Shown: positions 17,642 through 24,660 of the stretch, in pieces
Layout of the letters: the number at the start of each line of letters is the position of its first letter
How positions within the stretch are numbered: position 1 is the first letter of the stretch
Source of the DNA: Longivirga aurantiaca
GTDB taxonomy: Bacteria; Actinomycetota; Actinomycetes; S36-B12; CAIYMF01
NCBI RefSeq assembly: GCF_042660085.1
Contig: NZ_JBHSTI010000008.1
Span: 660,001 to 692,000 of the forward strand
Direction: 5' to 3'
Length of the DNA: 32,000 bases
The notes under the pieces: generated by a model
Database searches by the model: none
Seen by the model: the letters and a program-made list of their open reading frames with translations, nothing else
Told to the model about the DNA's origin: nothing
Program-made: the position numbers and the translations under genes

Positions 17642-17690
17642 GCGGCGATCCGTGGTTGAGCATCCGGCCGGTCGGTGCTGCCCTAGGGCG

Positions 17691-18590
17691 ATGTTCACCG
17701 AGGCCCAGCTCTACGCCCCCGTGGTGACCCGCGCCGACGGCGACGTCGTCGTCGAGCTCGGCGCCGACCACCCCGGCGTCGGCGACCCGGCGTACCGCGC
17801 CCGGCGCAACGCCATCGCGGCGCTCGCGCTCGACTGGCGCCCGGGGGAGCCCGTGCCGGCGGCGCCGTACACCGCCGAGGAGCACGAGGTGTGGCGGGTG
17901 GTGAGCGCCGAGCTCGAGCGCAAGCACGAGCGGCTCGCCTGCGCCGCCGCGCGCGAGGGGCGCGCACGGCTCGCGCTGCCGGTCGACCACATCCCGCAGC
18001 TCACCGACGTCACGGCAGCCCTCGCCCCGCTCACCGGGTTCACCTACCTCCCGGCCGCGGGTCTCGTGCCGCTGCGCGAGTTCTACGGGTCGCTGGCCGA
18101 CCGCTGCTTCTGGTCGACGCAGTACATCCGGCACCACTCCGTGCCGCTCTACACGCCTGAGCCGGACGTCGTCCACGAGGTGATCGGCCACGCGATCACG
18201 CTCGCGGAGCCGTCGTACGCCGCGCTCTACGTCGCCGCCGGTCGCGCGGCGCGACGGGTCGAGTCGGCCGAGGCGCTCGAGCTGGTGTCGAAGGTGTTCT
18301 GGTTCTCCCTGGAGTTCGGCGTCGTGCGCGAGGGTGGCGAGCCCCGGGCGTACGGCGCGGGCCTGCTGTCGTCGTACGGCGAGATCGAGGAGTTCGCGCA
18401 CGCCGACCTGCGCCCGCTCGACGTGGCGCGGATGGGTACGCAGACGTACGACATCACGCACTACCAGCCCGTGCTGTTCGCGGCCGAGTCGTGGCAGCAG
18501 GTGCACGACGTGGTCGGCGGCTTCTTCGACACCGTCGACGACGACCTCGCCGAGCGGCTGCTGCGCGAGGCCTCGACCGCCGCACGCTGA
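17691..18590 (+). CDS. phhA: Pterin-dependent aromatic amino-acid hydroxylase (phenylalanine 4-hydroxylase family)
   Basis: ATG 17691 gives MFTEAQLYAPVV. Family blocks present are STQYIRHHSVPLYTPEPDVVHEVIGH, FWFSLEFGVV, AYGAGLLSSYGE and YQPVLFAAES. The 92 upstream codons of track ORF 17415..18590 were rejected. Confidence 0.85.
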   Translation: MFTEAQLYAPVVTRADGDVVVELGADHPGVGDPAYRARRNAIAALALDWRPGEPVPAAPYTAEEHEVWRVVSAELERKHERLACAAAREGRARLALPVDHIPQLTDVTAALAPLTGFTYLPAAGLVPLREFYGSLADRCFWSTQYIRHHSVPLYTPEPDVVHEVIGHAITLAEPSYAALYVAAGRAARRVESAEALELVSKVFWFSLEFGVVREGGEPRAYGAGLLSSYGEIEEFAHADLRPLDVARMGTQTYDITHYQPVLFAAESWQQVHDVVGGFFDTVDDDLAERLLREASTAAR

Positions 18591-18619
18591 CCGGCGTACC
18601 GTCGACGCAGGAGGCTCGC

Positions 18620-18835
18620 ATGAACAGCTGGGGCTGGGTGCTGCCGCTCGTGCTGCTCGGGATCGGATCCGGCATCGCGTGGGCGTTCTTCTACGCATCG
18701 GTCGGCAGGCGCGGTGACGCGCTGCGCAAGGACGACCCGACGGCGGCCGGCGTGCACGATGCGGCGTTCATGCAGATGGCGAACCCGGCCGTGCTGCCGA
18801 TGCGCGACCGCTCGTTCGACAAGCCCAAGCACTGA
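18620..18835 (+). CDS. Small (71 aa) single-pass membrane protein, unknown function
   Basis: ATG 18620 is preceded by GCAGGAGG 6 nt upstream and lies 29 nt after the phhA stop. The product MNSWGWVLPLVLLGIGSGIAWAFFYASVGRRGD has one N-terminal hydrophobic helix followed by basic residues. I recognise no family. Confidence 0.5.
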   Translation: MNSWGWVLPLVLLGIGSGIAWAFFYASVGRRGDALRKDDPTAAGVHDAAFMQMANPAVLPMRDRSFDKPKH

Positions 18836-18841
18836 CCGGCG

Positions 18842-19747
18842 TCAGGCCCCCTCGGCGAGCAGTGCGGCGCGCTCGGCGTCGGCTGCCGCCTTCTCCTCCT
18901 GCACTCGCGTGCGCACCTCGGTGAGCTTCACGGCCATGCGGCCGAGGTCCGCGCGCAGGCGGCGAACGCCGTCGAGGCTGTCGGCGATGCGGCTCTGGGT
19001 GGCCCAGTCCGACCAGAAGTTGTCGAACCAGATGTCGAAGGTGCGCCAGTCGTCGGTGCGCGCGAGGGCCGGGTTGGCGAGCGCCAGCTTCACGTCGGCG
19101 AGCTCGGCATGCGCGTGCTCGAGCGCGCGAGAGACGCGGGCCATCGCGCCCTTCGCGTCGTCGATGCGGTCGTGCTTGATGGCGCTGCTGATCATGCCGC
19201 CGCCGAAGAACGTGTCGTAGGTGCCCCAGTCCTTCGCCGAGGTCAGGCGCGTCTCGGCGAGGCGCACCTCCTCGGACGCCGCCGACACCGCGACGCTTGC
19301 CTCGTAGAGCTCGACGAGCTGCTGGTCGGCGGCGGCGATGCGCGCGTCGCAGGCATCGATCTGCGCGGCACGGGGATCGCCGGCAGCGCGCCAGGCCTCG
19401 TGCCGGGAGCGCTGCGCTGCGGCCAGCTCCTCCGCGCGGTCGGCGTACGCCCGCTCGAGCTGTACGCGGACGCCGTCGCGGTCGGAGAGCGTGCGGTCGA
19501 TGCGGACGTGCGCGTCGCGCAGCCGGGTCGCGGCCAGCTCGAGCTCGGCCGCAGCGGCCTCGCGCCGTGCCCGGCGACCTCCGCTGAGCAGCGCCTTGAA
19601 CGCAGTCCAGCGCGGCAGCTCGAGCGACTGCGCGGTCTCCTGCGCCTCGGCGTACCTCGCGGCAGCGGCGTCGTACGCCGCGTCGTCGGCCGCCACCTGC
19701 GCGTCGAGCCTTCGTGCGGTGCCGAGCAGGTCGTCGATCTCGTTCAT
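18842..19747 (-). CDS. Coiled-coil protein of unknown function (301 aa) with an internal Trp/Phe-rich duplication
   Basis: ATG 19747 with GGGGGA about 5 nt upstream gives MNEIDDLLGTARRLDAQVAADDAAYD. The N-terminal roughly 165 aa is Ala/Arg/Glu/Asp-rich helical sequence. Two related segments follow, DWGTYDTFF...RIDDAKGAMARVSRAL and DWRTFDIWF...RIADSLDGVRRLRADL. Third-position G/C is high. Codons 19748..20455 of the track ORF were rejected. Confidence 0.65.
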   Translation of the reverse strand: MNEIDDLLGTARRLDAQVAADDAAYDAAAARYAEAQETAQSLELPRWTAFKALLSGGRRARREAAAAELELAATRLRDAHVRIDRTLSDRDGVRVQLERAYADRAEELAAAQRSRHEAWRAAGDPRAAQIDACDARIAAADQQLVELYEASVAVSAASEEVRLAETRLTSAKDWGTYDTFFGGGMISSAIKHDRIDDAKGAMARVSRALEHAHAELADVKLALANPALARTDDWRTFDIWFDNFWSDWATQSRIADSLDGVRRLRADLGRMAVKLTEVRTRVQEEKAAADAERAALLAEGA

Positions 19748-19796
19748 GGTTCCCCCGGTGTGCTCGCGCCCATCCTGCCGAGCGCTTCGGGCGTTG

Positions 19797-19834
19797 GGGG
19801 TCGACACGCGCTCTCTGCGACGCGTATCGACCCC
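19797..19834 (-). other. 14-bp stem / 10-nt loop hairpin, fully paired only in the minus-strand RNA
   Basis: The arms are GGGGTCGACACGCG (19797-19810) and CGCGTATCGACCCC (19821-19834). The single non-Watson-Crick position is C.A on the plus-strand RNA but G.U on the minus-strand RNA. Confidence 0.35.
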
Positions 19835-19844
19835 AGCTCCGCCC

Positions 19845-19894
19845 GATTCGGTAGTGGAATCTCGCGGCGGAGCGCGAGATTCCACTACCGAATC
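19845..19894 (-). terminator. 22-bp perfect-stem hairpin (6-nt loop) overlapping the stop codon of the chelatase gene. Probable operon-end terminator without a U-tract.
   Basis: GATTCGGTAGTGGAATCTCGCG (19845-19866), loop GCGGAG, then CGCGAGATTCCACTACCGAATC (19873-19894). The arms are visibly less G/C-rich than their surroundings. The TAG stop (19885-19887) lies inside the arm that is transcribed first. Confidence 0.5.
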
Positions 19895-20517
19895 AGGCGG
19901 GCGGCGATGGCGTCGAGCATCGTGGGCTCGTCGAGGAGGGGGCCGCCGGCGACGGCGTACGGCGACTCCGCAGCGGCGGCGAGCACCGAGTCGAGCAGCC
20001 GCCCGGGCGCGAGCAGCCACGGAACGACCACGGTGCCCGGAGCCGACTCGGCGAGCCGCGCGCCCGGGCCGGTCGCGAACGCCGCGGATGCCGGCACGCC
20101 GGTGCGCGCCGACGCCACAGCGACCGCGTCGGCGAACGCCGCGCGCTCGTCGTCGACCTTCGTGCCCGCCGCAACCACTACGCATGAGGCGCCGGCCCGC
20201 AGCAGCGCGGCGTCGAGCACCTCCGGCGGATGGCCGAGCGGGTCGAGCAGCGTCACCGGTCGGGGGAGCGCAGCCACCGCAGCGGGGACGTCGACCCGCG
20301 CGTGGAACGCGGCCGACAGCAGCAGCGGCAGCACCACGACCTCGTCGTCGGCGCCGGCCGAAGCGACCGCGTCGTCCAGGCGCGGGAAGTCGTGGTCGAG
20401 GAACGCGCCGACCACGGGGAACCCCGCGCGGTCCGAGGCGCCGGCGGCCGCGCACGCCACCCAGCGCGCCGACCGCGGGTCGGGCGAGCCGTGCGCGAGC
20501 AGCACTCCGAGGGTCAT
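19885..20517 (-). CDS. sirB: Sirohydrochlorin chelatase (CbiX/SirB family)
   Basis: The N-terminal MTLGVLLAHGSPDPRS, VVVLPLLLSAAFHARVDVP and the second-half repeat VVVAAGTKVDD...VVVPWLLAPGRL are typical of the two-lobed CbiX/SirB fold. The sirohaem and sulfite-reductase context supports the call. Confidence 0.75.
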   Translation of the reverse strand: MTLGVLLAHGSPDPRSARWVACAAAGASDRAGFPVVGAFLDHDFPRLDDAVASAGADDEVVVLPLLLSAAFHARVDVPAAVAALPRPVTLLDPLGHPPEVLDAALLRAGASCVVVAAGTKVDDERAAFADAVAVASARTGVPASAAFATGPGARLAESAPGTVVVPWLLAPGRLLDSVLAAAAESPYAVAGGPLLDEPTMLDAIAARLIR

Positions 20518-20542
20518 CGCATCACCGTGCCACAGAGCACGA

Positions 20543-21778
20543 TCAGTCGAGCTCTGGGGAGAACGGGCCGAGCCGGGAGCGGAGGGCGACGACGTCGCCC
20601 ACCACGACGACCGCGGGCGACTCGACGCCGCGCGCCTCGGCGAGGTCGGCGATGTCGGCCAGCGTGCCGACCGTGGTGCGCTGCGACGCCGTCCAGCCCC
20701 GCTCGACGATCGCGACCGGCGTCGAGGCAGGGCGTCCTGCCTCGATCAGCGCGGCGCAGGACGAGCGCAGCAGCCGCACTCCCATGAGCAGCACGAGAGT
20801 GGTCGACACCGAGTGCGAGCGAGCAGCCTCGACCACAGGGTCGATTCCGTCATGCGCCGACACCAGAGCGAACGACGTCGTCACGCCGCGATGCGTCACC
20901 GGGATCCCGGCCGCGGCGGGCACCGAGACCACCGACGTCACGCCAGGCACGACGGTGACGGGCACACCGGCCGCGTGGCAGTAGAGCGCCTCCTCGCCGC
21001 CGCGGCCCAGCACGAACGGGTCGCCGCCCTTGAGCCGTACGACGGTCAGCCCCTGCCGCGCGCGGTCGACCAGCACCTCGTTGATCTGGTCCTGCGTGAG
21101 CTGGTGGTGGCCGGGGGTCTTGCCGCAGTCGATCACCTCGACGTCGGCCGCGAGCGAAGCCAGCACCGACCGCGGCGCGAGCCGGTCGACCACGACCACG
21201 TCGGCCTGCGCCAGCAGGCGACGGCCTCGCACGGTCAGCAGCTCCTCGTCGCCGGGTCCGCCGCCCACGAGATGCACGACGCCGACGGCGGGAGCAGCGG
21301 CTGCGCGGGTACGCCGTACCGGCAGCGTGCCGGCGTCGAGCGCGGCGGCAACGGCGTCGCGCACGGCACGCGCACGTCCGGGATCGCCGCCGCCCGAGAC
21401 CGCGAGCACCACGCCGTCGGCGCCGCGGGCGACCGCCGGAGTCCAGGCGGCAGAACGGGATGCGTCGTCAGCGCGCACGCACCAGACCCGCGCGGCCTCG
21501 GCGTCGGCGGCCACGGCGTCGTCAACCAGCCGGTCGCCGGTCGCGGTGTGCACGAACCAGGCGCCGTCCAGATCACCGGCGGCGTACTCGCGCGCGTGCC
21601 ACTCCACCCGGCGGTCGGCCACGAGCAGCGCGAGGTCCTCGCACAGCCACGGCGCCACGACTTCGACCAGTGCACCCGACTCGACGAGCGAAGCAGCACG
21701 ACGCGCCGCGACGGGACCACCGCCGACCACCAGCGTGCGGCGACCGGCGAGGTCGAGGAAGACCGGGTACGTCGCCAT
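20543..21778 (-). CDS. cysG: Sirohaem synthase-like fusion: N-terminal precorrin-2 dehydrogenase (SirC/CysG-N) domain plus uroporphyrinogen-III C-methyltransferase (CobA)
   Basis: ATG 21778 (ATGA overlap with the upstream permease stop) gives MATYPVFLDLAGRRTLVVGGGPVAARR, a Rossmann-type sequence as in CysG-N. The C-terminal half has VHLVGGGPGDEELLTVRG, VVRLKGGDPFVLGRGGEE and VVPGVTSVVSVPAAAGIPVTHRG, which are tetrapyrrole methylase motifs. The 242 upstream codons of the track ORF were rejected. Confidence 0.85.
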   Translation of the reverse strand: MATYPVFLDLAGRRTLVVGGGPVAARRAASLVESGALVEVVAPWLCEDLALLVADRRVEWHAREYAAGDLDGAWFVHTATGDRLVDDAVAADAEAARVWCVRADDASRSAAWTPAVARGADGVVLAVSGGGDPGRARAVRDAVAAALDAGTLPVRRTRAAAAPAVGVVHLVGGGPGDEELLTVRGRRLLAQADVVVVDRLAPRSVLASLAADVEVIDCGKTPGHHQLTQDQINEVLVDRARQGLTVVRLKGGDPFVLGRGGEEALYCHAAGVPVTVVPGVTSVVSVPAAAGIPVTHRGVTTSFALVSAHDGIDPVVEAARSHSVSTTLVLLMGVRLLRSSCAALIEAGRPASTPVAIVERGWTASQRTTVGTLADIADLAEARGVESPAVVVVGDVVALRSRLGPFSPELD

Positions 21779-22662
21779 CAGCGCTGCCCGGTCGTGAGGC
21801 CGCGCGAGCGCAGCAGCCGGCGCTCGATCGGGGAGAACACCAGCAGCTCGATGCCCACGCCGACGATGAGGATCATGAGGATCGCCGCGAACACCAGGCT
21901 CATGTCGGAGAGCTCGCGGCCGATCTGCAGCACCTGACCGAGCGACGTGCCGAGCGCGGGGGAGAACGTGATGAGCTCGGCGGCCATCAGCGAGCGCCAG
22001 GCGAAGGCCCAGCCCTGGCGCAGGCCCGCGAGGTAGCCGGGCATCGCAGCCGGGAGCACGACGTACCGGATCGAGGCCCAGCCCCTCGCGCCGAGCACTC
22101 GCCCGACCCGCAGGTAGAGCGGAGGCACCTGCGAGACGCCGGCGAGCAGGCCGTTGGCGATCGACGGCACCGCGCCGAGCAGCACCACCATGTAGATCGC
22201 GGCGTCGGTGAGGCCGAACCAGATGATCGCAGCGGGCACCCAGGCCACCGAAGGGAGCGACTGCAGGCCCGACACGAGCGGCCCGATCGCCGTGCGCACG
22301 AAGCGGAACTGCGCGAGCAGCAGGCCGAGCGCGGTGCCGATCACGACCGACGCAGCGAAGCCCACGAACGCGCGGCGCAGCGAGTTCCACACCGCTTCCT
22401 GGACGGCCCCCTGCTGCCAGTAGGTGAGGAACGTGTCCCACACCATCTCCGGCGACGGGACGACGTACGTCGGCCTCACGTTCAACGCGACGACCACCGC
22501 CCACACCGCGACGAAGAACAGCACCGCCACGATGGGCGGGAGCACCGAGCGGCCGAGGCGCTTCCCGAGCGGGTCGCGGGCCTGGGTGGGGGTGTCGAGG
22601 GCGTCGAGGCCGGCCTCGAGCGAGGCGACGTCGTCGCGGTCGTCGATCGTGCCCTGGCTCAT
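21778..22662 (-). CDS. ABC transporter permease (sulfonate/nitrate/taurine SsuC/TauC type)
   Basis: ATG 22662 (ATGA overlap with the ATPase stop). The 294-aa polytopic protein has the permease loop region LRVGRVLGARGWASIRYVVLPAAMPGY. The upstream track codons were rejected. Confidence 0.85.
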   Translation of the reverse strand: MSQGTIDDRDDVASLEAGLDALDTPTQARDPLGKRLGRSVLPPIVAVLFFVAVWAVVVALNVRPTYVVPSPEMVWDTFLTYWQQGAVQEAVWNSLRRAFVGFAASVVIGTALGLLLAQFRFVRTAIGPLVSGLQSLPSVAWVPAAIIWFGLTDAAIYMVVLLGAVPSIANGLLAGVSQVPPLYLRVGRVLGARGWASIRYVVLPAAMPGYLAGLRQGWAFAWRSLMAAELITFSPALGTSLGQVLQIGRELSDMSLVFAAILMILIVGVGIELLVFSPIERRLLRSRGLTTGQR

Positions 22663-23501
22663 GACCGCACCTCCGAGGACGGGGTCGGGACGGCGTGGCG
22701 ACGGATCTCGCGGCGCAGGTCGTCGGTGATCTCCTTGGAGAGCTCGGACACCCCGGCCGACTCGATGCGTCGCGGGCCCTCGATCTCGACCTCCCAGCGA
22801 CGCACGAAGCGGCCCGGGCGCGACGACATGAGCTCGACCCGCTGGCCCAGGCGCACCGCTTCCCGGACGTTGTGGGTCACGAACACCACCGACAGCCCGG
22901 TGGCCTCCCACACACGGATGAGCTCCTCGTGCAGCACGTCGCGCGTGATGGCATCGAGGGACGCGAACGGCTCGTCCATGAGGAGGATGCGGGCGTCCTG
23001 CCCGAGCGCGCGAGCGAGCGCGACGCGCTGGCGCATGCCGCCCGACAGCTCGTGCACCCGGGACTTGTGCTGGCCGGCGAGGTGGACGACGTCGAGCAGC
23101 CTCTCGGCCTCGTCGCGGCGCTCGGCGCGCGGGACGCCGCGCAGCTTCAGCGCCAGCTCGATGTTCTGCCCGGCGGTGAGCCACGGGAACAGCGCCGACT
23201 CCTGGAACATGAGCGCCGCGTGGCCGCCGGGGGTGGCGACCGTGCCGCTCGTCGGGGCCTCGAGACCCGCGACGAGCGCCAGCAGCGTCGACTTCCCGCA
23301 GCCCGAGGCTCCGAGCAGCGAGACGAACTCCCCCTCCGCCACGGTGAGCGACACGTCCTGCAGCACCGCGGGGCGTGAGCCGTCGCGGTCGAAGCGCTTC
23401 GTGACGCGGTCCAGGACGATCGCGGCCTGCACCGTGGGCGGGGGCACATCGGCCCTCGCCCACGGCTCATGCCGCTCGTCGCCCACCGTGGCAGGGGTCA
23501 T
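22659..23501 (-). CDS. ABC transporter ATP-binding protein (SsuB/TauB type)
   Basis: ATG 23501, 8 nt after the binding-protein stop. Walker A GASGCGKST, signature LSGGMRQR, Walker B ILLMDEPFASLD. Confidence 0.9.
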   Translation of the reverse strand: MTPATVGDERHEPWARADVPPPTVQAAIVLDRVTKRFDRDGSRPAVLQDVSLTVAEGEFVSLLGASGCGKSTLLALVAGLEAPTSGTVATPGGHAALMFQESALFPWLTAGQNIELALKLRGVPRAERRDEAERLLDVVHLAGQHKSRVHELSGGMRQRVALARALGQDARILLMDEPFASLDAITRDVLHEELIRVWEATGLSVVFVTHNVREAVRLGQRVELMSSRPGRFVRRWEVEIEGPRRIESAGVSELSKEITDDLRREIRRHAVPTPSSEVRS

Positions 23502-23508
23502 GACGTGA

Positions 23509-24606
23509 TCACTCCGTCCCGAGACCTGCGGCCGAGACCGCTGCACCGCCGCGCGCCTTGAGCACGGCGTTGAGCAGGGCCAGGTCGTAGATGCCGTTGA
23601 GGTCGGCCTTGGTGGTGGTGCCGACCTCGACACCGTGGTCGGCGGAGACCTGCAGCGTCGAGGCGATCGGGTCGAGCGTGAGGGTGAGGTTCTCCCACGC
23701 CCGGTCGAGCACCTCGGGCTTGAGCTGCTTGCCGGTGAGCTCGAGCAGTGCGGCGTTCGCCGACTCCTTGGCCTTCGCGGCGTCCTTGGTCACGGCGTCG
23801 AGGGTGTCGGCCTCGGCCGTGAGCAGCTTCGTGATCGTGCCGGGGTACTTCTTCAGGTACTCGGTCGAGACGATGAGGTGCGTGGTGACGAAGGCGCCGT
23901 CCGGCCACAGGTCCTTCTCGTCCACGAGCACCTTGCCGCCGCCCTCGAGCACGAGGCGCGACGCCCACGGCTCCGGCACCCAGGCACCGGCGATGTCGCC
24001 CGCCTTGAACAGGTCGAGGGTCTGGGCGTTCTCCTGCGGCGCCACGGTCACGTCGCCGGCACCCTGCACCGGGGCCGACAGGCCCTGCTGCTTCAGCCAG
24101 TAGCGCAGGGCGACGTCCTGCGTGCCGCCGAGCTGCGGGGTGGCGACCGTCTTGCCCTTGAGGTCGGCCGCGCTCGTGATGTCCGGCTGGACGACGAGCT
24201 GGGCGCCGCCGCTCGAGGCTCCCGCGACGATGCGGACGGCCTCGCCGTTGCTCTTCACGAAGGCGTTGATGGCCGGGTTGGGGCCGATGTACGTCGCGTC
24301 GAGGGCGCCGGCGAACAGCGCCTCGACGGCAGCCGGGCCCGCGTTGAAGATCTGGGTCTCGAGCTTGGTGGAGCCGAGAGCCTTCGCGTATGTGCCGTCC
24401 TGGACGCCGACGAGCGGCAGGGCGTGCGTGATGTTCGCGAAGTAGCCGAGGCGCAGCGTCTCGGCCTCACCGTTCCCGCTCACCGCGACGTCGTCGGCGC
24501 TCGACGTGCCGCAGGCGGCGAGGCCCACGGCGACGAGCAGGGCGGCGGCGGACGCGGCGAGCGTGCGTCGGAGACGGGACCCCGGAGTTCTGGTGGTGCT
24601 GGTCAT
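23509..24606 (-). CDS. ABC transporter substrate-binding lipoprotein (NMT1/SsuA/TauA-like)
   Basis: Signal peptide with lipobox LAAC (MTSTTRTPGSRLRRTLAASAAALLVAVGLAACGTSS). The body sequence LRLGYFANITHALPLVGVQDG...IGPNPAINAF is typical of aliphatic-sulfonate/taurine-type binding proteins. Confidence 0.85.
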   Translation of the reverse strand: MTSTTRTPGSRLRRTLAASAAALLVAVGLAACGTSSADDVAVSGNGEAETLRLGYFANITHALPLVGVQDGTYAKALGSTKLETQIFNAGPAAVEALFAGALDATYIGPNPAINAFVKSNGEAVRIVAGASSGGAQLVVQPDITSAADLKGKTVATPQLGGTQDVALRYWLKQQGLSAPVQGAGDVTVAPQENAQTLDLFKAGDIAGAWVPEPWASRLVLEGGGKVLVDEKDLWPDGAFVTTHLIVSTEYLKKYPGTITKLLTAEADTLDAVTKDAAKAKESANAALLELTGKQLKPEVLDRAWENLTLTLDPIASTLQVSADHGVEVGTTTKADLNGIYDLALLNAVLKARGGAAVSAAGLGTE

Positions 24607-24660
24607 CTGGATCGAACCTTTCGTACGGACGGATGGGATGTCGTGCGCGAAGAGGACCTG

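Noticed and set aside
18832-18845. Palindrome CTGAC-CGGC-GTCAG resembling the candidate operators at 8783 and 14707
   Set aside because: It is produced by the two convergent stop codons (TGA at 18833-18835 and TCA at 18842-18844) with a 6-nt gap. It lies at gene 3-prime ends, not in a promoter. The 5-bp stem is too weak to call a terminator.
19845-19894. 22-bp inverted repeat considered as terminal repeats of a MITE or IS element
   Set aside because: The arms are separated by only 6 nt, so the structure is a hairpin rather than element termini. There are no flanking direct repeats and no transposase gene. The position exactly at an operon end favours an RNA-level role. Dispersed-repeat status can only be tested against the whole genome.
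19109-21937. 942-aa plus-strand ORF, the longest in the track, and the overlapping 548-aa ORF 19338..20984
   Set aside because: The translations are Arg/Ala/Gly/Pro/Ser-rich low-complexity strings with no recognisable motifs. They run antisense to three well-supported minus-strand genes (coiled-coil protein, sirB, cysG-like). This is a typical shadow ORF of high-G+C DNA where stop codons are rare.
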